This document shows, piece by piece, positions 46,995-54,938 of a stretch of DNA of 64,000 nt (its first letter is position 1; every line of letters begins with the position of its first letter). Below the pieces are notes generated by a model. The model had not been told where the DNA came from. It saw nothing but the letters and a program-made list of their open reading frames with translations, and ran no database searches. Location of the stretch: contig ONCZ01000002.1 in the NCBI GenBank assembly GCA_900316445.1, positions 5,986 to 69,985 of the forward strand. Reading direction: 5' to 3'. The position numbers and the translations under genes were made by a program. This DNA is from an uncultured Prevotellaceae bacterium (GTDB lineage Bacteria; Bacteroidota; Bacteroidia; Bacteroidales; Bacteroidaceae).

Positions 46995-49190
46995 ATGGCA
47001 CCAAGAATCACGTTAATCAAGAACTACCGGAACAAGGAAACCCTGCGGCTGATGGAGCAGCGGGAAGTGGCAGAACTCATCAGCCAGGGCGAGTACGAAG
47101 ACCAGGTCAGCACGTTCCGCAGGGACCTGCCGACGATGCGGTATGCCCATGTCAGCAACAACGGCACCCTTGAGGGCTACGAGAACTGGCCGAAGGACCT
47201 GCCGCGTATTTGTTTTGCGCTGGAACAGGAGAACCGCAACCACGAGTTAGTGACACGAGGATACACAGGGCTCGTATTATTAGAGGTAAACAACCTGACC
47301 AGCTACGATGAGGCCGAGGCTGTGCGTCGCGGTGCCGGAGAGATGCCCCAGACGCTGATGGCGTTCGTGGGGGCCGACGGAATGTCGGTGAAGATTGTAT
47401 GTAGGGGGGAGTTGTTAGAGGCAGTTCAGGTAGAGGCGGTTCAGACCACCCCGCCCTACGGGCAACCCCTCCTGACTCAGGAGGGGAAGGGATTACCACT
47501 TTCCGCTGAACAGATTGCTCTGTTCCATGAGAACCTCTATGAGCGGGCAAGGCTGATTTATAATGGACAGTTAGGCGTCACCATCGAGAAGCTGGAGCCG
47601 CTGACACAGCGCATCTGCTACATGAGTTCAGATCCGAGATTAGTTTATAATCCGTTGGCAACGCCTATTTATGCCAAGGCCGAGAAGCCGACTGCTTCAA
47701 TCTCCCATCAGACCGCCTACAGCCAGAGGACGGAGATTTCTGACCGTGACCTCTATCGCAGTCAGCAGGTCATCTTCGAGTTCAACCTCACGAAGGCCTA
47801 CGACGACACGGAGGGCATCGCCGACAAGGAGGAACGCCGTCACGCCACGTTGAAACGTCTGGCACAGTACTGTCAGGAGACGGGCATCCCGATGGCCGTC
47901 GCCCAGCGGCAGGCCATCATGCAGTCGGCATTCTGGGGCGAGGAGCAGCTGGTGAAGAAGGTGTTTGAGAACGCCTATCGGGAGGAGCATGTCAGGAAAT
48001 ACATGGAGAAGAAAGGCATCCAGCGCACGAAGACCATCCCGCCGGAAACGCTGCTGACGATGAAGATCAACATCTTCCTCAACGCGAACTACGAACTGCG
48101 GAAGAACGTGATGCGGGGTGTCGCCGAGTACCGTATGAGGACGGGCGTCGGCTTCTCTTATCAGGATCTGACGGAGGAGGCCCGCAACTCCATTACGATG
48201 CGGGCCCTGGAACAGGGCATCCGCTGCTGGGACAAGGACATCCGCCGCTATGTGAACTCCGACGACATCGAGCGTTACGATCCTGTGAATGACTATCTGG
48301 AGCATCTGCCGAAGTGGGATGAAAAAGACAGAGTGACGGCGATGGCAGAGAGAGTTCCTACGGAATGGGCGGACTGGACTCACCTCTTCCATATCTGGAT
48401 GCGCTCGATGGTAGCGATGTGGTTAGGCAAGGGCCAGTTGACGGGAAACGCCCTCGTACCTTTATTAATAGGAAGGCAGGGCTGCGGCAAGTCATCGTTC
48501 TGCCGTATCCTGCTGCCCCGCGACCTGATGGACTACTACAACGACCGCATCAACTTCAAGAACGAGCAGGACCTGAACCTCGGTCTGTCGTCGTTTGCGC
48601 TGATCAACCTCGACGAGTTCGACCGTGTGACGCAACGCCAGCAGATCGTGCTGAAGTACCTCGTCTCGACGGCAGACCTGAAATACCGTCCGCCTTACGG
48701 CAAGGCGTACACCTCTAACCGCCGCTATGCCTCGTTCATCGGCACCACCAACGAGCAGATGCAGCTGACGGACCCGACGGGTTCGCGTCGTTTCGTCTGT
48801 GTGGGCATCGACGGCGACATCGACTTCCTGACGCCTGTGCAGCACGACCAGCTCTATGCCCAGCTCGTGCAGGAGATCCGCCAGGGAGAGCGTTACTGGC
48901 TGACGAAAGAAGAGGAGCGCAGTCTGATGGAGCACAACCTGCAGTACCAGCGCCTCAACGGTCTTGGCGAGATGCTGATGGCCGTTGTGCAGAGACCTCG
49001 CAACGATGAGGAAGGCGAGTGGCTATCGCTCAATGATCTCTCCTCAATGCTCAAATCCCACTTCAAAGGCTACAAGGAAGATGAAGGCACCTTCCGCAAG
49101 ATCGGCAATTACCTCAGCCGTTCAGAATACAAGTTCCAGAGCAAGCACACCAACGCCGGTGCCCTCTATTGGGTGATGCGGAAAGTGTAA
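46995..49190 (+). CDS. VirE-like (virulence-associated protein E) P-loop primase/helicase-type protein
   Basis: Walker A (LLIGRQGCGKSSF) and Walker B-like (ALINLDEFD). The long N-terminal domain is typical of Bacteroidales VirE/BT4734-like proteins. ATG at 46995 is preferred over the TTG at 46941. Confidence 0.75.
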   Translation: MAPRITLIKNYRNKETLRLMEQREVAELISQGEYEDQVSTFRRDLPTMRYAHVSNNGTLEGYENWPKDLPRICFALEQENRNHELVTRGYTGLVLLEVNNLTSYDEAEAVRRGAGEMPQTLMAFVGADGMSVKIVCRGELLEAVQVEAVQTTPPYGQPLLTQEGKGLPLSAEQIALFHENLYERARLIYNGQLGVTIEKLEPLTQRICYMSSDPRLVYNPLATPIYAKAEKPTASISHQTAYSQRTEISDRDLYRSQQVIFEFNLTKAYDDTEGIADKEERRHATLKRLAQYCQETGIPMAVAQRQAIMQSAFWGEEQLVKKVFENAYREEHVRKYMEKKGIQRTKTIPPETLLTMKINIFLNANYELRKNVMRGVAEYRMRTGVGFSYQDLTEEARNSITMRALEQGIRCWDKDIRRYVNSDDIERYDPVNDYLEHLPKWDEKDRVTAMAERVPTEWADWTHLFHIWMRSMVAMWLGKGQLTGNALVPLLIGRQGCGKSSFCRILLPRDLMDYYNDRINFKNEQDLNLGLSSFALINLDEFDRVTQRQQIVLKYLVSTADLKYRPPYGKAYTSNRRYASFIGTTNEQMQLTDPTGSRRFVCVGIDGDIDFLTPVQHDQLYAQLVQEIRQGERYWLTKEEERSLMEHNLQYQRLNGLGEMLMAVVQRPRNDEEGEWLSLNDLSSMLKSHFKGYKEDEGTFRKIGNYLSRSEYKFQSKHTNAGALYWVMRKV

Positions 49191-49195
49191 AAAAT

Positions 49196-49227
49196 AAATC
49201 CCGAAACGACCAAACATTTCGGGATTT
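49196..49227. terminator. Conserved CCCGAAAC hairpin, copy 4
   Basis: aaatcccgaaacgaccaaacatttcgggattt followed by a T-run, between convergent genes. Confidence 0.8.
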
Positions 49228-49369
49228 ATTTTTAATCTTTTCTGTTTTCATGTTACCAGCCAAGGAAACCGTCAAGAATCTTGTTCAAATCGACAGCATT
49301 GTTTTGCTTTGTGGACTTACTGCCCTTTCCTGCAGTTTTATTAGCAGACTTTTTTACTTTACCCTGATT

Positions 49370-49828
49370 CTACGATTTGCTATTTGACGATTTATTATTC
49401 ATAAAAAAGTCATACATGGCATCGTTATCAATACCTCCGGCATCATGAGCACCTTTGAAAGCGCGGTTCATTTCATAATCTGCCTCTGTTGCCTTTACTT
49501 TTCCAGCCCCATCACAGGCTTCGCAAGTTGTTGTTGTAATCACACGTTGCTTTCCTGACTCGCGTTCCTCGGCATGGTTCCATGAATCGTCACTGATAGT
49601 TCCGCTTCCGTGACAGGATGAGCATATCTTGTAACCATTCTCGTCGATAGACATGGGATTGCTGGCAATTTCACCCAAAATGCCGCCAATCAGATGCCGT
49701 TTCATGTCTTCCTCCTGCTGTTCATAGTCAACTTTCTCCTGCAGCGATTTCAGCTTTTTGGGGTTAATGTCGATGATACCGCTTCTGGCCAGCAGTTTGG
49801 GATTAACTTCATCATACATCACGAACAC
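49370..49828 (-). CDS. Hypothetical protein with a DnaJ-type CxxCxGxG zinc-finger pair
   Basis: CSSCHGSG and CEACDGAG motifs. No signal peptide. GTG start is uncertain. Confidence 0.45.
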   Translation of the reverse strand: MFVMYDEVNPKLLARSGIIDINPKKLKSLQEKVDYEQQEEDMKRHLIGGILGEIASNPMSIDENGYKICSSCHGSGTISDDSWNHAEERESGKQRVITTTTCEACDGAGKVKATEADYEMNRAFKGAHDAGGIDNDAMYDFFMNNKSSNSKS

Positions 49829-49933
49829 TTGGGCATGCAGAATCTCTTCCTTGCCATTTAGCTTTTCGTTATCTATGAATATGGCACTTCCACCTCAGAG
49901 GTCTTCTGTGTCGTGGCAGCTTCAAGATCCTCA

Positions 49934-50155
49934 CTACCGAAACAATATGTCTGGGCAGACTCCAGCAACAAGATTGATTCCCGTGGGACCCATCTCGTCA
50001 AACTCCGGCATGAATCCCAATGCCTGAACATCGTCAATTGTAGCACGCTGAGCCTGAACCGTCAGACCTAAGCCCAGCATCAATACCATTATCAGTTGTT
50101 TTCTTATATCCTTAAAAGTAAGTATATTCATTGTCTTTTCTTCTTTAGAATGCAA
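49934..50155 (-). CDS. Small secreted hypothetical protein
   Basis: Signal-like segment IRKQLIMVLMLGLGLTVQAQ. Overlaps the stop of the upstream gene. The start may be the ATG at 50131. Confidence 0.3.
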   Translation of the reverse strand: MHSKEEKTMNILTFKDIRKQLIMVLMLGLGLTVQAQRATIDDVQALGFMPEFDEMGPTGINLVAGVCPDILFR

Positions 50156-51131
50156 GGAATGGGCGGATGCGCAGATCGTTCTTGGAAATGATATGAGTTA
50201 TTTGGAAACCAGAATTTGCCAAGAAATATGTAAGAATGACTCGGGTTGTTTTGGGATATGTCTTTTCAGGAGAACATGTCCAAAATCTATAGTTATTGAT
50301 ATTGACCGTTGTATCGCCCGCTTTTCTCAAGTCACCCAAAATCAGATCTCCAGCTTTGGAGCCATTATAGATCGGTTTCCCATTGGCATTATATCCATCA
50401 AATAGAGCGAAAGATCTCCAGTCAAGTTCAATACTTTCGTCAAATGTGAGACCGAATGACTGGTAGAAGGCTATATACTGTCCTGCACTGGGCATGAACC
50501 AACCACTGGTAATATTTCCAGGAGGAACGGGAACATCATAAGAAATAGGGACCTCAAGACCATTCCTGGCATCAATTTCAAAGAGTTTGTTAATGGATTC
50601 ATATCCAGAGGATTTATTGTTGATATGTTTACTACCATCTGTAATTTCCAAATCCGACAGGGCAATAGCCAATCCGCGATAGGTGTCGCTATTCTTGTCA
50701 GCCGATCCTGGTAAACCAACATACACGATCATGGCAATCGGCGTGATGCCGATAGTTCCTGCCGGATAGACCTTGCCGTCCAAGGCAATCACACTGCCCA
50801 GATCTTCTGCTGTGGCTTCACTCAACGCCTTGCCACGGTTCTGGCGCTTTGCCTCACTCATCATCAGATAGTCAGCAATGGTCTTCACGTCTTCCATATC
50901 GATTTTCCCATCGACATTGGCATCAGCCCAGATCTTCTTGACATCGACAATGACAGAAGTCCATAAGTTGTCTAAGTCAGAACGAGTCTTTAAGATGTAT
51001 TCTGATACAATCTCCACGATGTCAGCGACATCTACCTTACCGTCATTGTTGGCATCGCCCGATCCTGCGAACATAGCCGACGGCGTAAAGCACGCAAAAA
51101 ACAGAATTAACAGTTTCTTTCTCATATCCAT
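50145..51131 (-). CDS. Secreted protein with an N-terminal dockerin-like module and a DUF1566/Lcl-like C-terminal domain
   Basis: Signal peptide, then GDANNDGKVDVADIVEIVSEYI...ADANVDGKIDMEDVKTIADYLM. C-terminal motifs SGWFMPSAGQYIAF, FWTCSPE, LRIRPFLAF (weak DUF1566 resemblance). Confidence 0.65.
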   Translation of the reverse strand: MDMRKKLLILFFACFTPSAMFAGSGDANNDGKVDVADIVEIVSEYILKTRSDLDNLWTSVIVDVKKIWADANVDGKIDMEDVKTIADYLMMSEAKRQNRGKALSEATAEDLGSVIALDGKVYPAGTIGITPIAMIVYVGLPGSADKNSDTYRGLAIALSDLEITDGSKHINNKSSGYESINKLFEIDARNGLEVPISYDVPVPPGNITSGWFMPSAGQYIAFYQSFGLTFDESIELDWRSFALFDGYNANGKPIYNGSKAGDLILGDLRKAGDTTVNINNYRFWTCSPEKTYPKTTRVILTYFLANSGFQITHIISKNDLRIRPFLAF

Positions 51132-51162
51132 CGAATTTAGAAGTTACTTTCTTCAAACTGTG

Positions 51163-51170
51163 CAAAGTTA
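51163..51170 (-). promoter_or_regulatory. -7 box (TAACTTTG on the minus strand)
   Basis: caaagtta lies 32 nt upstream of the ATG at 51131. Confidence 0.5.
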
Positions 51171-51300
51171 AGCATTATTTTCTAAACTGCCAAGAAAAAT
51201 GTTGGGAAATTCATTTCATTAGCCTAAACTGCATAAGACCAAGGACAGTCTAAAACCATTGAAAATTATAGACTTTCTTGGTTATATCATTATAAATTTG

Positions 51301-51308
51301 TAACTTTG
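51301..51308 (+). promoter_or_regulatory. -7 box TAACTTTG for the radical SAM operon
   Basis: Matches TAnnTTTG, 19 nt upstream of the ATG at 51327. Confidence 0.5.
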
Positions 51309-51326
51309 CAGGCAAAATAGCGAATC

Positions 51327-52691
51327 ATGCAGACGATCTATCAGACAGCCAAACCCTTCGACCAGCTCCTGAAGAAACAAATGATGGCGGCAGGGCAGAC
51401 GTATAGGCCGATGTATTATGTGGTGGAACAGCCCGTAGAAGAGGGGCTGCTGCTCTACCATACGATGACAAAGGCGATGCTGTTGCTCACTCCTGAGGAA
51501 GCGGAGACGTACAGGACAAGCCCTACTGCCCTACCCCAACTGGTTGAGCAGTGGTTTCTGGTGCCAGAGTCGCATGACGACCGTCTGCTGAGCCGTCAGA
51601 TCAGAGACGTGGCCAGGATGCTTGAGAAGAAAACGGGAGCCATCACTTCGTACACCATCCTCACCACCACCGACTGCAATGCCCGCTGTTTCTATTGCTA
51701 TGAGTTGGGGCGTCCAAGAGTTCCTATGAGTGAGGAGACCGCCATAAAGACAGCAGACTATATCATCAACCATTGCAAGGGCGAAAAAGTTTCAATACAC
51801 TGGTTCGGCGGAGAGCCTCTATACAACAAGCCCGTTATCTCGCAGATCTGTCAACGACTTAAGGATGCAGGTATCCAATACGCTTCTACGATGACCTCAA
51901 ATGGCTATCTGTTTGATGACAGCATCGTCACTGAGGCCAAGGAAGAATGGCGTCTGGAAAAGGTGCAGATCACGCTTGACGGTACAGAGCAGACCTACAA
52001 CCGCTGTAAGGCCTATATATATAAAGATGTGAATGCCTTCCGCCGTGTGATTGGCAATATCCACAAACTACAGGATGCCGGCATCCACGTCAGCATCCGA
52101 CTCAACATCGATATGCATAATGCCGAGAACCTGTCGGAACTGGCAGATGAACTTCACAGGGAATTCAACGATTCCAAAGGTATTTCGGTCTATATACATG
52201 CGCTGTTTGAAGAAGTGAAAGGAAGTAAGGCCATACACGATGAGGAGAAAAGGAAGTTCGTCTTCGACCAAATCAACGACATCGAGAGTCGGCTGGCAGA
52301 TTACGGCTTGTTAAAACCCCGCCAACTGAAACGAGAAGTCAAGACAAACCGCTGTATGGCTGACAACGACCATAGCGTTGTCATTGTTCCAGACGGACAT
52401 ATCGGGAAATGTGAGCACTACTCAGAGGATCATTTCGTCGGACATATTGGACAAGAGGAATGGGACGCTCAGATGCTGGATCATTTCAGGGACACACGTG
52501 ACGAGATCACTGCCTGTGCCACCTGTTTCAACTATCCGGACTGCATCAGGCTGAAACTGTGTAAGGATAATCCCAACTGTTATCAGGAGGAACGTGAGCA
52601 CAAGCACAGCAAGTTACGTCAAAGCATTTTGAGAGCCTTCAACAATTATAAAGACCAGCAAGAAGAAAAACAAGATGAAGCACAAGATTGA
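51327..52691 (+). CDS. Radical SAM / SPASM-domain peptide-modifying enzyme
   Basis: CxxxCxxC (TTDCNARCFYCYE), GGEPL, and a C-terminal Cys-rich SPASM-like region (NRCMA...GKCEHY...CATCFNYPDCIRLKLCKDNPNCY). About 100 aa of N-terminal extension. Confidence 0.85.
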   Translation: MQTIYQTAKPFDQLLKKQMMAAGQTYRPMYYVVEQPVEEGLLLYHTMTKAMLLLTPEEAETYRTSPTALPQLVEQWFLVPESHDDRLLSRQIRDVARMLEKKTGAITSYTILTTTDCNARCFYCYELGRPRVPMSEETAIKTADYIINHCKGEKVSIHWFGGEPLYNKPVISQICQRLKDAGIQYASTMTSNGYLFDDSIVTEAKEEWRLEKVQITLDGTEQTYNRCKAYIYKDVNAFRRVIGNIHKLQDAGIHVSIRLNIDMHNAENLSELADELHREFNDSKGISVYIHALFEEVKGSKAIHDEEKRKFVFDQINDIESRLADYGLLKPRQLKREVKTNRCMADNDHSVVIVPDGHIGKCEHYSEDHFVGHIGQEEWDAQMLDHFRDTRDEITACATCFNYPDCIRLKLCKDNPNCYQEEREHKHSKLRQSILRAFNNYKDQQEEKQDEAQD

Positions 52692-52929
52692 GATAGCACC
52701 TTTGCTCGACTACTATGTCATCGCCGTCAAGGATAAGGAAACGGGCGATCTGGTTGAGACCTTCACGCTCAACGAGAGTGGCACAGATATGCTCAGGCTC
52801 TTCTGCCAGGATAAGGATGCGGCAACTGTTGCTCAGGAAATAGCAGAGATGTATGAAGCGCCATTGGAATTAGTCACAAAAGACGTATCAGCCTTTGCAG
52901 AAAAGTTACAGGAGAAAGGACTGATTTAG
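52675..52929 (+). CDS. PqqD-family protein (RRE-like peptide chaperone)
   Basis: 84 aa. Pattern LNESGTDMLRLFCQDKDAATVAQEIAEMYEAPLELVTKDVSAFAEKLQEKGLI. Overlaps the radical SAM gene by 17 nt. Confidence 0.8.
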   Translation: MKHKIEIAPLLDYYVIAVKDKETGDLVETFTLNESGTDMLRLFCQDKDAATVAQEIAEMYEAPLELVTKDVSAFAEKLQEKGLI

Positions 52930-52954
52930 TGACATTAAATAAGCAATATCAAAA

Positions 52955-52986
52955 AATGGGGACTGACATGATTGTCATTCCCCATT
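52955..52986. terminator. Hairpin terminator between the convergent PqqD gene and the small peptide gene
   Basis: aatggggactgaca-tgat-tgtcattccccatt, 13 of 14 bp paired. An A6 run on the plus-strand 5' side gives a T-run for the minus-strand transcript. Confidence 0.7.
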
Positions 52987-53010
52987 AAATTTCAGATGTG
53001 TGTGAGAAGA

Positions 53011-53139
53011 TTATGCTTCACCATCATCATCACATTCATCAGCAATTTTCTCTTTACTCGGCTCAACAACGTTGTCCAATACAACAACCTCATCAACCTT
53101 TACTTCTTCCATTTCGGGAGCAAAATACTTCTTTTTCAT
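53011..53139 (-). CDS. 42-aa acidic single-cysteine peptide (candidate RiPP precursor), not in the ORF track
   Basis: Hand translation: MKKKYFAPEMEEVKVDEVVVLDNVVEPSKEKIADECDDDGEA*. It has its own -7 box (53206-53213), its own terminator (52955-52986), and is preceded by hairpin copy 5. Confidence 0.5.
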   Translation of the reverse strand: MKKKYFAPEMEEVKVDEVVVLDNVVEPSKEKIADECDDDGEA

Positions 53140-53205
53140 TTCTCAATTATTTTTAAACGTTTAAAATATTAATATCTTTTAAGTTGCAATTACACTTTTG
53201 CGCTG

Positions 53206-53213
53206 CAAATTTA
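53206..53213 (-). promoter_or_regulatory. -7 box (TAAATTTG on the minus strand) for the small peptide gene
   Basis: caaattta lies about 67 nt upstream of the ATG at 53139. Confidence 0.45.
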
Positions 53214-53218
53214 AGCAT

Positions 53219-53250
53219 AAATCCCGAAATGACCAAACATTTCGGGATTT
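53219..53250. terminator. Conserved CCCGAAAC hairpin, copy 5
   Basis: aaatcccgaaatgaccaaacatttcgggattt, one mismatch relative to copies 2, 4 and 6. Confidence 0.75.
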
Positions 53251-53303
53251 ATTTTACGATTTAGTGCAATATTTTGTCAATTTACTCACTTAACAATCAT
53301 CAC

Positions 53304-54806
53304 TTACTTAACCACGACCTTCTTACCATTCTTGATGTAGAGACCCTTTCTGGTCGGAGTGCTAATGCGCTGACCCCTCAGGTTGTACCAAGCGTCGTTG
53401 CCAGATTCTGCAGCAATACGGCTGATACCTGTGGCACTCTCTTCATCACCATCAAAAAGAATTCTGCTCAACTCGGCAACTTTCTCGTTAAGAACGATAT
53501 CTTCGGAACCACGGACAGAAGCCTTAGCCGTATATGAAGTCAAGATCTGGAGATATGCCTTATGTGCACCTGTCGTACGAGCCTTTGTAACCGGCGTGAA
53601 GCCCTTGCTACCAACGTAGAAATTCGAGTAGAGTCCGTCTGTCGGCTGAATCGTGATTGCCTCATCGGTGTTATTGCCTACCATCATGTTGGCATAGTTT
53701 GCCTGAACAGCAGCAGACTTAATCGTATAATCACCCTGAGGACCCTTAATATAAAGCGGAGTACCAGCTGATACACGCTTAACAGGTGTAATCCAAAGTG
53801 AACCATTCTCATATCCTATCACGGTATAGGCAGTCACTGACTTCTGGTCGGTGAAATCAAGGTCAACATTAGCACAGAGAGAAGTCTGATTTGCTTCACC
53901 TATCGACAATGCCCAATCTGTACCAGCCTTAGCAGCAGGCAGAGCAGCTACACGGATGTAAGCTTTATGAGCACCAATGTTACGTGCAGATGTAAACGGC
54001 GTGAAGCCCTTGGTTCCCAAGAAATAGAACTTGTCTTCACTTCCTGTAGGATCAACACTAATAGCCTCATCCGTATTGTTACCAATCAGGAAGCTCTTGA
54101 AATAAGTCTTTGTCAGTGTTGTCGTAGCCACAGCGAAGGTTCCGGCCTCATTACCTTTGACGTAAATTGGCGTTCCAGCTGGAACCTGGCTAATGCGTGC
54201 CGACCAAATACCGTCCTCGTCAATACCTGTTACAAGGTAAGCGGTCAAATCTTTATTATCTGTGAAGTCTAGATCTTTGTCACAAATAAACGTCGTCGCC
54301 TTAGAATCACCAATAGTAATTGAAACGCCCTCAGCAATCGTGACAGTGGCAACATCGCCACCAGCCTGCTTTGTAGAGGTGCCTTCGGGATCAACAACCA
54401 GGTTCTGGTCTTCAGTACCATTGAGTGAAACTTTTCCAGTCTCTGCTTCATTTTCAGCCTCCAAGGTAATCAGCACACCATCACCGTCACTTGTCAAAGT
54501 AGCATTCTCATTATCGTATGACAAGAAACGATAGATATTGTTACTGGGATCAACCTGCTGGAACTTCAACTCACGGCCGGCACCGTATGAGCCTTTCATG
54601 CCTGCGCTTTTGACACTCACCTTAGCAGGCAACTTCAGATCGAATTGGAAAGCCGTGTTGCTCGTAGGTTTGTCAATCGTGACCTCCATCTGACCCGTAC
54701 CGCCTTTAGTAAGGGTAACATCTTTAACACTAATTGCCGACTGGGCATAAGCCATTGCTCCACAAAGGGAGACAGCCATCATCGTAAATAGTTTCTTCAT
54801 GTTCAT
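53304..54806 (-). CDS. Surface protein with an N-terminal cohesin-like domain, two copies of a ~125-aa repeat domain and a T9SS-type C-terminal tail
   Basis: Signal peptide. AISVKDVTLTKGGTGQMEVTIDKPTSNTAFQFDLKLPAKVSV resembles the cohesin beta-sandwich start. Internal duplication (LDFTDNKDLTAYLVTG...GAHKAYIRV and LDFTDQKSVTAYTVIG...GAHKAYLQI). Tail WYNLRGQRISTPTRKGLYIKNGKKVVVK. Confidence 0.55.
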   Translation of the reverse strand: MNMKKLFTMMAVSLCGAMAYAQSAISVKDVTLTKGGTGQMEVTIDKPTSNTAFQFDLKLPAKVSVKSAGMKGSYGAGRELKFQQVDPSNNIYRFLSYDNENATLTSDGDGVLITLEAENEAETGKVSLNGTEDQNLVVDPEGTSTKQAGGDVATVTIAEGVSITIGDSKATTFICDKDLDFTDNKDLTAYLVTGIDEDGIWSARISQVPAGTPIYVKGNEAGTFAVATTTLTKTYFKSFLIGNNTDEAISVDPTGSEDKFYFLGTKGFTPFTSARNIGAHKAYIRVAALPAAKAGTDWALSIGEANQTSLCANVDLDFTDQKSVTAYTVIGYENGSLWITPVKRVSAGTPLYIKGPQGDYTIKSAAVQANYANMMVGNNTDEAITIQPTDGLYSNFYVGSKGFTPVTKARTTGAHKAYLQILTSYTAKASVRGSEDIVLNEKVAELSRILFDGDEESATGISRIAAESGNDAWYNLRGQRISTPTRKGLYIKNGKKVVVK

Positions 54807-54856
54807 TTAATATTTTAAATTAATTATTAGTTACACATTTATATACTATTTGGTTG

Positions 54857-54864
54857 CAAATTTA
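54857..54864 (-). promoter_or_regulatory. -7 box (TAAATTTG on the minus strand) for the cohesin-like gene
   Basis: caaattta lies 51 nt upstream of the ATG at 54806. Confidence 0.5.
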
Positions 54865-54869
54865 AAAAA

Positions 54870-54906
54870 AAATCCCGAAACGACCAAACATTTCGGGACT
54901 TTTTTT
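54870..54906. terminator. Conserved CCCGAAAC hairpin, copy 6, with runs on both sides
   Basis: aaaaaaaaatcccgaaacgaccaaacatttcgggacttttttt. Confidence 0.8.
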
Positions 54907-54938
54907 CAAAAATAGTATGATTTTTCTTTTTTCCCCCT

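Noticed and set aside
49256-49372. The TAG stop of the zinc-finger ORF (49370-49372) is followed by 38 in-frame sense codons (NQGKVKKSANKTAGKGSKSTKQNNAVDLNKILDGFLGW*) reaching almost to the shared terminator. This could be a nonsense mutation or read-through.
   Set aside because: A 38-codon open stretch has a non-negligible chance probability in this composition. There is no motif in the extension. Orthologue comparison would be needed to support it.
49829-49933. Possible frameshifted single gene joining the 73-aa signal-peptide ORF (49934-50155) to the 152-aa zinc-finger ORF (49370-49828).
   Set aside because: I translated all three minus-strand frames across the gap. Each hits a stop, so no single frameshift joins them. 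They are treated as separate low-confidence genes.
52972-53172. Tracked 66-aa plus-strand ORF (MSFPIKFQMCVRRLCF...).
   Set aside because: It starts with TTG inside the terminator hairpin. It is Phe/Ile/Leu-rich, typical of antisense translation. The minus-strand 42-aa ORF has a promoter box and a terminator in the right places.
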